A DNA stretch of 64,000 bases, taken from contig CAWDSK010000005.1 of assembly GCA_963804995.1 (NCBI GenBank), positions 1 through 64,000 on the forward strand, given 5' to 3'. Below the pieces are notes generated by a model. It made no database searches and had not been told where the DNA came from. It saw nothing but the letters and a program-made list of their open reading frames with translations. A program made the position numbers and the translations under genes. This DNA is from an uncultured Acidobacteriota bacterium. Its GTDB lineage: Bacteria; Acidobacteriota; Terriglobia; UBA7540. This document shows, piece by piece, positions 29,898 through 41,007 of this stretch; the first letter of the stretch is position 1; each line of letters begins with the position of its first letter.

Positions 29898-30812
29898 TCA
29901 AGGGCCGAACACTTCCCCGCCACAACGGAACCCCAGATTGTCGTCCCTGCCGCCAGGCTTGACTCTGAGGCGGCTCGATACGCGGACGATCCTGTGAATG
30001 CTCGACCAGGACCCGCCTCGCAGCACGCGTAACTGCCCGCTCGTCGGCCCTGGGGGATCTTGCGACGGGCTGTTCTGGTAATAGGTCTCGTCGTACCAGT
30101 CGTTCACCCACTCCCAAACGTTTCCCAATATGTCGTACAGCCCGAAACCGTTGGCACGCTTCTGGCAGACTTCATGCATGCCGTTGCCGTTTTCGTTCAA
30201 GCGCTTCTCGTAATGAGCCTGGTCATCGTCAAAAATCCTTTGGCTGTGCAAGTGTTTGCGCCCACTGTTGTCCCCGTACCAGGCGAATCTATCCAGATCG
30301 CCATAACGCGAGGCAGTATTCCCCGCGCGGGCTGAATACTCCCACTCGGCTTCGGTCGGCAGCCTCCCGCCCGCCCACCCGCAATATGCCTGGGCATCAT
30401 TCCAGGTCACATCCACCATAGGCATGGCCGCGTTACTCCATCCCGGATTGAGCAGCCTCCCGCTAAAATTCGGCTCAGGTGGCATGGGCCTTCCTGTCGC
30501 TCGCGCGAAGCGCTGGTAGGCGCCCACCGTGACTTCCGTTTGGCTCATCCAGAAACCCTTCGTGATTATGACTCGATGAGCGGGCCTCTCCTCCGCGCGG
30601 CACTCGGGGTCTTTCGGCGAGCAGCCCATCCTGAACGTTCCAGGGGGAATCCAGGCGTACTTCAACCCGTCCTTGGGGTTATCTCTAACGGTTCCGGCAG
30701 CAGGCGCAACGATGGCTTCCTTCGAGGTTGGCTGCGCCGCCTGCGCAACAGAAACCGGGCACATGATGGCGCCCCACAAAGCTGCTAATGCGCATAGCCC
30801 TGCAAATTGCAT
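29898..30812 (-). CDS. Formylglycine-generating enzyme (FGE-sulfatase/SUMF1) domain protein, secreted
   Basis: GTFRMG, RLPTEAEWEY, NGFGLYDILGNVWEW, RGGSW and GFRC motifs. Confidence 0.92.
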   Translation of the reverse strand: MQFAGLCALAALWGAIMCPVSVAQAAQPTSKEAIVAPAAGTVRDNPKDGLKYAWIPPGTFRMGCSPKDPECRAEERPAHRVIITKGFWMSQTEVTVGAYQRFARATGRPMPPEPNFSGRLLNPGWSNAAMPMVDVTWNDAQAYCGWAGGRLPTEAEWEYSARAGNTASRYGDLDRFAWYGDNSGRKHLHSQRIFDDDQAHYEKRLNENGNGMHEVCQKRANGFGLYDILGNVWEWVNDWYDETYYQNSPSQDPPGPTSGQLRVLRGGSWSSIHRIVRVSSRLRVKPGGRDDNLGFRCGGEVFGP

Positions 30813-30872
30813 ATCAAGCTTGTTTTCTCAGAATATCGTGAGAGCTGACCCGCCTCAGGATGAGCTGGTCGC

Positions 30873-31190
30873 CTATCCATTGAAACGTAATGCGGTAAGA
30901 CTCGAATCCTTGAGGAGCTCGTCGACGGAAGCGAATTCCTTGACTCGGCCTTGGGCGATATCTTCGTCGGCCTCTCGTTCCTTTTTCCGCCACTCGGGGG
31001 TCCAGAACCAGAGTTGGTCCTTGGGAATGATACTGGCCGGCACCAACTCCACGCTGTTACCCACCATGCGTACCAGCATGTGGTCGCCCTTCTTAAGCCG
31101 CAATGCCTTGGAAATTCGGTGCGGGATGGTGATTTGGTTTTTAGCTCCCATCCGCACGGCTTCTTCAAGCACGGTCTTGGCCCTGGCCAT
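30873..31190 (-). CDS. AbrB/MazE/SpoVT family antitoxin-like protein
   Basis: KNQITIP...LRLKKGD; QLWFWTPEW...EREADEDIAQGRV. Confidence 0.85.
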   Translation of the reverse strand: MARAKTVLEEAVRMGAKNQITIPHRISKALRLKKGDHMLVRMVGNSVELVPASIIPKDQLWFWTPEWRKKEREADEDIAQGRVKEFASVDELLKDSSLTALRFNG

Positions 31191-31262
31191 AATTCCTGTC
31201 CTTCCTTCGCTTTTCCGACAATCTGATTTTCCTACCGAATCGGTCCAGAGTCAACTTCAACC

Positions 31263-31436
31263 ATGCTTCCCAGGGGCCCAGTGCTCGAAGACATTCAGGC
31301 GCTTTGCCGCCAACACGGCTTGGCTTCCTACGATGCGCTTTACGTGGAGTTGGCCATGCGGTCGGGGTGTCCCCTTGCTACGCTCGATAAGAATCAGCGG
31401 GACGCTGCCCTGGCGGTCGGAGTGACTTGCCTATGA
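31263..31436 (+). pseudogene. C-terminal fragment of a PIN-domain (VapC) toxin
   Basis: Manual translation: HGLASYDALYVELAMRSGCPLATLDKNQRDAALAVGV; the N-terminal half is missing. Confidence 0.7.
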
Positions 31437-31445
31437 GTGGCGCGG

Positions 31446-32213
31446 GTAGCGCCGACATCCCATTTTATGTCGGCGACCGTTAAGAAGCCAGAACAGGCCA
31501 CGGATAGGACGCGGTGACAGAGATGTTGCCCGGGTTCGTGGGGCGCCCCGATGCATCGGGGCGCCACCCACGATTGCACCGACCGTGCCTGCCTACATTC
31601 ATTTTGAGCAGCACCACTCCCCCTGTCATCCTGAGCCCGTACTTGGGGCGAAGGACCCCTGTAGTTCGCTCTTCCCAGTGCGCCGCGATAAACTGCCGAG
31701 GTCCTTCGGCCCGAAAGAACCGGGCCTCAGGATGACAGTGGGTTACGTGCGTGCATTCCTTTTCGGGGGGTGGCGCTGACACCCCGTGTTGCGGGGCCGT
31801 TAAGAAGCCAGAACCGGCCACGGATAGGACGCGGTGACCGAGATGTTGCCCGGGTTCGTGGCGCGCCCCGATGCATCGGGGCGCCACCCACGATTGCACC
31901 GACCGTGCCTGCCTACCTTCATTTTGAGCGGCACCACTCCCCCTGTCATCCTGAGCCCGTAATTTGGGCGAAGGACCCCTGTAGTTCGCTCTTCCCAGTG
32001 CGCCGCGATAAACTGCCGAGGTCCTTCGGCCTGAAAGAACCGGGCCTCAGGATGACAGTGGGTTACGTGCGTGCTTTCCTTTTCGGGGGGTGGCGCCGAT
32101 ATCGCATTTTATGTTGGCGACCGCTAAGAAGCCAGAACCGGCTACGGATAGGACGCGGTGACAGAGATGTTGCCCGGGTTCGTGGCGCGCCCCGATGCAT
32201 CGGGGCGCCACCC
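31446..32213 (+). repeat. Tandem ~320-bp composite palindromic repeat (~2.3 copies)
   Basis: TAAGAAGCCAGAAC recurs at 31481, 31801 and 32125. The two full units contain GGCGCCCCGATGCATCGGGGCGCC-like and TGTCATCCTGAG...CTCAGGATGACA inverted repeats. Confidence 0.9.
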
Positions 32214-32252
32214 GCCGGCCCTCCTGCCCATTCAATACCTTTTGCCTTTGGT

Positions 32253-32455
32253 TTACTGGCGCACCCTGATGCGCGAGGCATCGACGGTGATCAATTTTCC
32301 CCGATAGTGTTCCATGCGCGGATGGAGTTCGAAATACGGTAATGAGATTGGAGACGCAATGATCGGCGAAAAGGCGCAACGCCATCAGGCGGTGACCTCA
32401 AATTCGGCCAGGTCACGCGCGTAGTCGAGGCAGGCGGCAATCTGCTGAGGAAGAC
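32253..32455 (-). pseudogene. Remnant DUF433/DUF5615 (PIN-like) toxin-antitoxin pair
   Basis: QQIAACLDYARDLAEFEVTA* (DUF433-like C-terminus) overlaps MALRLFADHCV (DUF5615-like N-terminus), which is joined almost directly to GKLITVDASRIRVRQ*, implying an internal deletion. Confidence 0.6.
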
Positions 32456-34273
32456 CGCAAAGTTGCACCACCAAGACACCAAGGCACAAAGGAATAGCTG
32501 TAAGAGAAGAATCCCGTGCCGCCTTGAACCAGGCCCCACTGTAACCACCCCGTCCCTCAGCTTTCTTGGTGTCTTTGTGCCTTGGTGGTGGAAAGAAATC
32601 TGGGATCTGAGGCGCTTTCACCGACAACAAAAATGAACCACCAAGTCACTAAGACACAAAGAAGGAGCTAGAGGAAGGGGCTTTAAAAACTGGTCAGCGC
32701 CGCATCAAACGGGTGATTTGTCCGACCTATTTCATTTTTGGGCTACCGGTAGCCCTAAAGAGCGTTTATCTTATTGACATAGCCCAGTCGATTAAGAGCA
32801 CAATAGAGGTGAGGAAGAATTGTGCCCTGATGCGTCCAGAAAGCCCTCGAAGAACCGCGGGCCCCAAGATGGGGATCTGCCATGCCAAGCCGTGAAGGCC
32901 GGTTTTCCTGGCAAACATTTCGCTGTGTCCTCTGCGTCCCGAAGAGCAGAGGTCACGGAGAGGCTCTGGGGGAGCGGAGCGCCGTGCCAAGACGCGGCTG
33001 AAGTTCTTCCGTTTTTCGGAACACAGCGCCCGCTGTTTGTGAAGATGTTCATGAAAATAAAGGTGGTTAGGCGTGAGAAGGGGTTTTTTAGCAAAAACCT
33101 ATCTAGTTGAAATGAATTGAGTTACATTTAACGCGGGTAAGAAGAAAAGCGCAAATCAATCAGGATAGTCTAGCGATGTGTATGAAAACAAAGGAAAATA
33201 AAAGCGGCAATTTGGCAAGTCTAACGATGTTGATGAAAACAAGTAAGTTATGGTTGTTTTGCCACGATGTTTATGAAACTAAAGGTAGTTAGTTAAGAAA
33301 ATGGGTAGGAAAATGGAGCAAGCCGTCGCCATTCGCACCAAGCGTCAGCCTCCAGCCTGGATTGACCCGCCAAGCGGGCGGCGCTGCGTTCAAATGGGGA
33401 GACGATAGAACCCCCATCGAGAACAGGGTCAAAGAAACGGGTGACGTGATGATCGGGGCGAAGCTGGAAGGTGGGAAAAGCGTTGGACAGGAGATCAAAA
33501 GCGGTGATCCCAGCCGCCCCAACCGACCCGCCGCGGCCTCCTACTTCGGCCACCGGTTGTCACTGCGGCGACAGAAGACCGCAACGGCCCGGAAGCCCCG
33601 CAGCGAGCCACGAACCCCATCTACCGAAAATCGCCCGGCCGTGACGCACTTCCCCACATCGGTAATCGGATGGACGGCACAGGAACATGAGCTCAATTCG
33701 GCCGATCAGAGCCTGGCAGTGACGTGCTGCTCCGATTATTCGATCACCCGATCTCCGGATCACCGCATCTCCCGATCCTCAGCCCCCGGCGGCCCGCACT
33801 CCCCCGCTTCGGTTATCGGCGGGCTCGAACGCTGAGGATGAGGGAAATTGAGTGGGCCACAACAGCAGCTTACCCCCTCACCCGTCCCGCCCCGGCTGGT
33901 GAGTACGCCGGCGGCGGTCCACCCTCTTCCGCCACGGCGGATCTACGACCCCTCGGAGAGGGCTATGAACTTTCGCCATGGACCGATGATCCGATGAATC
34001 AATGGGCCGCTGGCCCGATGATCAAATCGCGCGATCACCGGATCACCCGATCTCCCGATTTCTAGCCCCCGCCGGCACACACTACCCCGCTTCGGATATC
34101 GGCGGTGCCAGGTGAGAAGATGAATCAAAGGTTGACTTCGAAAATCGCCAATCACAAATCGCTATTTACAAATCAGCCGGGCAACCGATGCCTCAATCAC
34201 CAGAACGCAAAATCACTCAATGATCCGATGGCCCGATGACCCGATGGCTCGATTAACCGATGGCCCGATCACC

Positions 34274-35026
34274 CTAGGCCTCATCGGTTCTCTGAATTTC
34301 GTCCACAATCTGGCCGTCGAAGAGGTGGATGGTGCGGTCGGCGAATTTCGAATAGCGGGGGTCGTGGGTCACCATGCAGATGGTGGCGCCCTCCTGGTGA
34401 AGTTCGCGCAGCAGGTTCATCACGGCCTCACCATTCTTAGAATCCAGGTTGCCGGTGGGCTCGTCGGCGAGAAGGATGGAAGGCTTGCCGCCCAAGGCTC
34501 GGGCCACCGCCACGCGTTGCTGCTGGCCGCCGGAAAGTTGCGCGGGGTAATGCTTCATGCGGTGCGACATCCCCACGCGCTCCAGCGACTCCTGCACGCG
34601 CTCGCGGCGCTCGGCGCTGGGCATACCTCGATAGGTCAGAGGTAGTTCCACATTCTCGTAAACGGTGAGATCGCCAATCAGATTGAAGGCCTGAAATATG
34701 AAGCCCACTTCCCGATTGCGAATGCGCGTGCGCTCCGCGATGGACAGGTCCTCAACCTCCCGGTCATGCAGCCAATACTTGCCGTCGGTGGGTGAATCCA
34801 GCAGGCCGATGATGGAAAGCAAGGTGGACTTGCCACAGCCCGAGGGCCCACCCACCGAAAGATATTCGCCTTTCTTAATCTCCAGGTGGACGCCGGACAG
34901 GGCGTGGGTTTCCACTTCATCGGTGAAGAAGACCTTGGTAAGGCCTTCCAGGCGGATTAAAGCCTCGCCATTTCCAGCCGGCTTGCGGCTTTCAAGCTGT
35001 GTGCTCATTTCGTTCGAGTCATCCAT
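34274..35026 (-). CDS. ABC transporter ATP-binding protein (LolD/MacB type)
   Basis: [25 protein letters not shown]. Confidence 0.95.
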   Translation of the reverse strand: MDDSNEMSTQLESRKPAGNGEALIRLEGLTKVFFTDEVETHALSGVHLEIKKGEYLSVGGPSGCGKSTLLSIIGLLDSPTDGKYWLHDREVEDLSIAERTRIRNREVGFIFQAFNLIGDLTVYENVELPLTYRGMPSAERRERVQESLERVGMSHRMKHYPAQLSGGQQQRVAVARALGGKPSILLADEPTGNLDSKNGEAVMNLLRELHQEGATICMVTHDPRYSKFADRTIHLFDGQIVDEIQRTDEA

Positions 35027-35078
35027 GACTAGCTCCTTCGATCAGGTTAGGTTCTGCCACCGAGGGTCGAATCCGCGC

Positions 35079-35756
35079 TCACTTCGGCGCGCCCGTTCCT
35101 TCCATCCACCCATCGCGCAGCGTGATAATCCGATGGCCATAAGCTGCCCAGTTCTCGTTGTGGGTGACTTGAATAATGGTCGTGCCTTCTCCATTCAGTT
35201 TCTTGAACAGCTCCATGATTTCCTTGCCTTGGCTGGTGTGCAGATTGCCGGTGGGCTCGTCGGCAAGAATGAGCTGGGGATTGGCGATGACCGCGCGCGC
35301 CACCGCCACCAATTGTTGCTGCCCGCCCGAAAGTTGGCTGGGGAAGAGGTCTTTCTTCCCCACGATTTGGAAGCGATCGAGCGTATCAGCGACCCGAGCC
35401 TGCCGTTCACTGGCTTTTATGTCGCGATAAGAAAGCGGGATATCCAGGTTTTCCGCCACCGTCAGGCCGTCGAGCAGATGATACTGCTGGAAGACGAGGC
35501 CAATGTGCCGCTTGTTGAGTACGGCGCGCTGCCGCAGATTGAGCTTGTGAATGGGCTGGCCCAGGAGGTGATACTCACCGCTCCACTCGCTGTCGAGCAT
35601 GCCCAGGATGCAAAGAAGCGTGGTCTTCCCGGCGCCCGAGGGCCCCATGATGGTAAGGAACTCGCCTTCCCGGATTTCGAGATTAATGCGCCGCAGCACC
35701 CAGTACCGCCCCACCCCGGCGGGGTACGATTTCTCGACATTCATCAGTTTAATCAC
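35079..35756 (-). CDS. ABC transporter ATP-binding protein (LolD/MacB type)
   Basis: [24 protein letters not shown]. Confidence 0.95.
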   Translation of the reverse strand: MIKLMNVEKSYPAGVGRYWVLRRINLEIREGEFLTIMGPSGAGKTTLLCILGMLDSEWSGEYHLLGQPIHKLNLRQRAVLNKRHIGLVFQQYHLLDGLTVAENLDIPLSYRDIKASERQARVADTLDRFQIVGKKDLFPSQLSGGQQQLVAVARAVIANPQLILADEPTGNLHTSQGKEIMELFKKLNGEGTTIIQVTHNENWAAYGHRIITLRDGWMEGTGAPK

Positions 35757-35773
35757 AGTGACACCCCTTGGAC

Positions 35774-38209
35774 TTATTCGTACCTCAGCGCCACCAGAGG
35801 ATCGACCTGGGTGGCCCGTCGCGCGGGGAGGTAACAGGCAAAGAAGGCAATCCCCGCCAGGAGCACTGCGACGGCGAGCAGCGTGACCGGGTCCGCCGGC
35901 CGGACCCCATAGAGCAAGCTGGCGAGGAAGCGGGTCAGCCCCAGCGCCGCCGCCAACCCAATCCCCGCTCCCATCGCCGCCAGCGTCATCCCTTCGGCTA
36001 GTACGAGCCGAAGGATACTCCAGCGTGACGCACCGAGCGCCATACGCACGCCCAGTTCATGAGTGCGCCGGGTTACCGCGTAGGACATTACTCCGTAGAT
36101 TCCCACGGCGGCCAACACCAAGGCCGTGGAAGCGAAGATGATGAGCAGCAACATAGTGAAGCGCCGCTCCGCAAGCGACTCCGAAATGACCTGCTCCATG
36201 GTGCGGACAGCGTAGATAGGCTGATCTTCAGTGGGCCCGGCCACTTGTGCCCGTACGGCAGAGGCGACGCTCAAGGGATCGGGCGAGGAACGGACGGAAA
36301 GGATCAAGCCTGCAACGACCTCCGGCATAAACGGGTCGGGCACTTGCAGGAAGGGAAAGTACATCTGGTCCCGGATATTGGACGTGTCGTCGGAATCAAG
36401 ACCCCATTGCTTGACGTGCCGAACCACTCCAACGACCTGGACGGAGCCGAGCAACATCAGGTTGATCTGTTTACCGACGGCCTCCTGACCGGAGAAAAGG
36501 TGTTTGGCCATGACATCATCGATCACCACCACCGAGGACGAAGTGGGGGTATCGCGATTCGTGAAGAATCGTCCCGCCAACAACGGGATGCCCATCACCC
36601 GGAGATAATCGGGAGTCGCAATGTAGAACACCGCCGCGGACATCTGGTCTTGCGGGGGCTGCGTTGCCGCGCCCACCCAGTAGCCAATTGAACTGTCCCG
36701 CCAGCCGAGCGGAATAATCTGCGAAATGGCAGCCGCCCGGACCCCCGGGATGCCCGACACACGGTCGAGCAACTGCTGGTAAGCAAGCCGGATGGCTTGG
36801 GGACTGGCCATGACGCTGGGTGACAGCGCCACCTCTGAAGTCAAAACGTTGTGAGGATTAAATTGGGGGTCCACTCGCCAAAGTCTCCAGATGCTTTGAA
36901 TCATCAGTCCTGCGCCGGCGAGTAAGACGACCGCGAGCCCGACCTCGACGACCACAAAAACTCCCTCGGCGCGGTGGCGCCCTCCCCCGCTGCCACGGGT
37001 ACCTTCTTTCAGAGACTCCTGGGGGTGGACATTCGAACTGTGGAAGGCTGGGGCGAGGCCAAAGGCGATGCCGGTAAGAATCGAAATCCCCAGCGTAAAG
37101 AGCAGCACGGAGGGATCGAGCCCGATCTCCAGGGCGCGCGGCAAGTCCCCCGGCGCCGCGGCCAGGACAACGCGAGTTCCGGCGTAGGCGAAAAGCAACC
37201 CCAATACGGAGGCGCCCAGCGCCAGCATCACACTCTCGGTCAGAAGTTGGCGAATCACGACCAGACGGTTGGCGCCCAGTGCCGTGCGAATAGCGAACTC
37301 GCGCGCGCGCGCCGCGGAGCGCGCCAGTAAGAGGTTCGCAACGTTGGCGCAAGCGATGATCAGCACGAATCCCACCGCGCCCAGTAACAGCAGCAGCGTG
37401 GGCCGGATGTCAGCCACCTGGTCGCTTTTCATCTCGACCACCGTCACCCCGCGCCCCGCATTCGTTTTCGGGTACTGCTCTGCCAGAACTTTGCCCAGGG
37501 AAGCTATTTCAGCTTGGGCTGCCGCCAGGGTTACACCCGGTTTCAGCCTCCCCACCACGCTCAGTCCCGCGTGCACTTCCCGGTTGCGTAGTTGAACGGA
37601 GTTCCATTGCTCGAGTGGAACATAGACAGGAGCCTCCTCGCGGAATCGGAAGTCCGCGGGCAGAACTCCCACCACCGTGCAGTTCTTGGCATTCAGGGTA
37701 ATCGCCTTGCCGAGGATGCCCCGGTCGCCGCCGAAACGCCTCTTCCACAGTCCGTAACTCAGTATCACGGCGCCGCCAGCCCCCTCCCGATCTTCCTGCG
37801 GCAAGAAGTTGCGTCCCAGGAAGGGATTCACACCGAGGACCGGAAAGAGGGTCGCCGTGACATACTCGCCCTTGAGGTGTTCCGGCTGGCCTGAACCCGT
37901 GAAGTTAAGGTCGTCACCGCGGAAGGCTGCGATGTCTGTAAAAGACCGTTGGTCGCGGCGCCAGTCGAGGTAATTCGGGTAGGCAACAGAGCTATGGCCG
38001 AAATCCCTCGAACTCTCGTAAAGCATCATCAGCCGCTCGGGCTCCGGGTAAGGCAGCGGCCGCAGAAGCACGCCGTTCACCACGCTGAAAATCGCCGTAT
38101 TGGCGCCAATGCCGAGCGCAAGCGTCAACACGGCCACCGCCGTGAACCCGGAATTCTTCGCCAGCATGCGCAGGCCGTAACGAATGTCTTGGAAGAGTGT
38201 GTTCATCAT
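35774..38209 (-). CDS. ADOP-type duplicated MacB/FtsX ABC permease
   Basis: QDIRYGLRML...[42 protein letters not shown]. Confidence 0.93.
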   Translation of the reverse strand: MMNTLFQDIRYGLRMLAKNSGFTAVAVLTLALGIGANTAIFSVVNGVLLRPLPYPEPERLMMLYESSRDFGHSSVAYPNYLDWRRDQRSFTDIAAFRGDDLNFTGSGQPEHLKGEYVTATLFPVLGVNPFLGRNFLPQEDREGAGGAVILSYGLWKRRFGGDRGILGKAITLNAKNCTVVGVLPADFRFREEAPVYVPLEQWNSVQLRNREVHAGLSVVGRLKPGVTLAAAQAEIASLGKVLAEQYPKTNAGRGVTVVEMKSDQVADIRPTLLLLLGAVGFVLIIACANVANLLLARSAARAREFAIRTALGANRLVVIRQLLTESVMLALGASVLGLLFAYAGTRVVLAAAPGDLPRALEIGLDPSVLLFTLGISILTGIAFGLAPAFHSSNVHPQESLKEGTRGSGGGRHRAEGVFVVVEVGLAVVLLAGAGLMIQSIWRLWRVDPQFNPHNVLTSEVALSPSVMASPQAIRLAYQQLLDRVSGIPGVRAAAISQIIPLGWRDSSIGYWVGAATQPPQDQMSAAVFYIATPDYLRVMGIPLLAGRFFTNRDTPTSSSVVVIDDVMAKHLFSGQEAVGKQINLMLLGSVQVVGVVRHVKQWGLDSDDTSNIRDQMYFPFLQVPDPFMPEVVAGLILSVRSSPDPLSVASAVRAQVAGPTEDQPIYAVRTMEQVISESLAERRFTMLLLIIFASTALVLAAVGIYGVMSYAVTRRTHELGVRMALGASRWSILRLVLAEGMTLAAMGAGIGLAAALGLTRFLASLLYGVRPADPVTLLAVAVLLAGIAFFACYLPARRATQVDPLVALRYE

Positions 38210-38383
38210 TTACCTATATATACGTGCATAGGACCATCGAAGTTCAAAACTCGAAATTCGAAACTCGGAAGCAAACTCACAATTCGCGTCTACGTGTTTC
38301 GATCTTCGAGTTTCCCTTGCCATCAACCGACCACCGGATCACCAGATGAACCGATGACCCGATGGCCAGATGACCCGATTCCT

Positions 38384-40809
38384 TCACTCATACCTCAACG
38401 CCACCATGGGATCCACCTTGGTGGCGCGGCGGGCGGGGATGTAGCAGGCGACGAGCGACACCAGGCACAGCAAAAGCGCCACCGCAGCATATGTCAACAC
38501 ATCGGTCGCGGTAACTCCAAAGAGCGCGCTTTCGAGGTAGCGAGTAACCGCGAGGGATACCACAAGGCCTACACCCAAGCCGGCCAGGGTCAACAGCAGA
38601 CCTTGGCTCAGCACCAGCCGGAAAACGTTCGCGCGCTGAGCTCCGAGCGCCACGCGAATGGCAATCTCATGGGTGCGTTGGCGCGTCGTGTAAGCGATCA
38701 CTCCGTAGATACCGACAGCCGAGAGAATCAGGGCGAGCAATCCAAAGGCGCCGGCGAAGGTTCCCGAGATCCGCTCAAAGGAGCTCCCCATTTGCATGCT
38801 GGACTTCAGGGTTGTCACCCCGAACACCGGCAAATCGGGGTTGAGGTCATGGACCGTTCTTTCCACCGCCGCGGCGTAAGCCTGGGGATTGCCCGAAACC
38901 CGCGCGTGAATGATCACCGGATCAACGTTATCCTGGAACAGAGGCAGAAACACCACCGGCGCCGGAGCATAAACCAGGCGGCGGTACTTACCGTTGCGAG
39001 CCACGCCCACCACCGTATGCCACTCGCCCCAGACGTGGATCCTTTTGCCGAGCGGGTCCTGACGCGGCCAGTAACGGTCGCAGAACTCCTGATTGACGAT
39101 GGCGACCAGCTGCGACCTCTCGCCATCTTGGGCGGTAAATTCCCGCCCCGCGACCAGAGGAGTCCGCATGGTCCGAAAGTAATTCGGACCTACGTTGGCG
39201 CGATCGATTTCCATCGATTCACCAGGCTGGGGGACGTAACCATCGGCTTGTACAATGTCCGAGTGGAGGGTGAAGCTGAGCGGCGAGAAATCGGCCAGCG
39301 TCACCGACTCAGCCCCGGGGAGGGCTTCAAGTTTCGAGAGCATTTGGCGGTGGAACGCGATGCCTTCGCCATCGGAATAGTGCAAGGGCCCGAGCTCATA
39401 AGAAGCCAACAGAACATGGTTGGGGTCAAAGCCGGGATCCTGGCGCTGGGCGTTCTGCAAGCTGCGAATGAACAGGCCGGCCGAGATCAGCAGGAGCAGC
39501 GAAAGGGAGATTTGCGCCACTACCAGCGCGCTCGAGAGCCGCAACTTCTGGGGTCCGCCCGAAAGAGTGCCCGCCTCCTCCTTCAGCACCGCGACGGGGG
39601 CCAGGCCGGAAGCGCGCAGCGCCGGGAGGATTCCGAAAATGCTGGCGGTAAGAATCGAGAGGGCCATCGTCGCCAGGAGCACCGTGCGGTCGGCGTGCCC
39701 ATTGAGTGTGAGCGGCAAGTTTGCGAGGGGCGGAAAGAAAGCCGCAAACGTCCCGGCCGTCCACGTGGTGAGCACCATGGCGAGCGCGCCGCCCGCCAGG
39801 GCGAGCAAAAGGCTTTCGACCAGCAGTTGACGCACCAGCCGCCAACGGCTGGCGCCCATGGCCAGGCGCAGGGCAACCTCGCGCCGCCGCGCCACCGAGC
39901 GCACCAGCAGAAGATTCGCCACATTGGCGCAGGCCAGCAAGAGCAGCACCGCCGCCAACGCCAGCAGCATGGGCAGGCCCTTGTACATGTAGACGTTCGC
40001 TCCAAAGGGCGAGCGCCAGAGCGGGTCCAGCGTGATCTGGTTGGGGCCGCGGTGCGAGTCGGGAAACTGCCGGACGATGCGCTGCATCTGGAGGTTGAGT
40101 TCCTCCTCGGCTTGCTGGCGGCTGACCCCGGGCTTGAGCCTCCCGAGCGCGTTGAGCCAGAAATCGTCGCGTTCGTGGAGCTGCTCTCCCCTATAAATCA
40201 AGGAAATCCAAAGATCCGTGCGCACTCCGGTCGAACATCCCTGAAAATCCGGAGGAGTTACTCCCACAATCGTGCACAGGATCCGGTTGAGCTGGAGGGT
40301 CTTGCCGATGATGGACCGGTCCCCCCCGAAATGGCTCTGCCACAGGGCATAGCTGATCACCACCGACGGTGTGCTTCCGGGTTTTTCTTCTTCCACCGGC
40401 AGGAGGCCGCGACCGAGGATGGGTTTGACGCCCAGCACCTCGAAATAATTCGCGGAGACGTTCCCACAGTAGAGGCGCTCCGGCGTGCTCGTGCCGGTGA
40501 GGGAAATGAAATCCTCGTGGTACGCCAGGAGGCCCGACAAGCTCTGGGTTCTCGACGCAGGTCCACATAATCCGGGTAAGAGAACGGCGGAGTGGGGTGT
40601 TCGCTACGCTGCCCCCTCATAAGCGCAACCAGGTCGCCGGTGTGGGGTTGCCCGGGAATGGGATTAAGGAGCGTGGAGTTGATCCAACTGAAGATGGTGC
40701 TGTTGGCGCCGATCCCGAGCGCGAGTGTCAGTACCGCCACGGCGGTGAAGCCGGGATTCTTGGCCAGCATGCGCAGACCGTACTTGAGATCTTGAATCAA
40801 AGTGCTCAT
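38384..40809 (-). CDS. ADOP-type duplicated ABC permease with an apparent frameshift near 40550
   Basis: The N-terminus [15 protein letters not shown] (40809) and the rest (38384-40540) are in different frames. Confidence 0.85.
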
Positions 40810-41007
40810 GGTTTACCTGGAATCAGTTTATCGGCTCATCTGGCCATCGAGCCATCGGTTCATCGAGGACCGAAATTCGAAAATCGAAATTCGAAACTCG
40901 GCGGCCAACTCGCATTTCACATTTTCGAGCTTCGATCTGCAAATTTCGATTCTCCCTCGCACTCATTCGATCTCCCGATCACCGGATCACCCGATCTCCC
41001 GATCCGC

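Noticed and set aside
31394..32385. Several 60-190 aa ORFs in the tandem repeat (likewise 59006-59482 and 55088-55554)
   Set aside because: They are translations of palindromic repeat DNA with no protein-family motifs.
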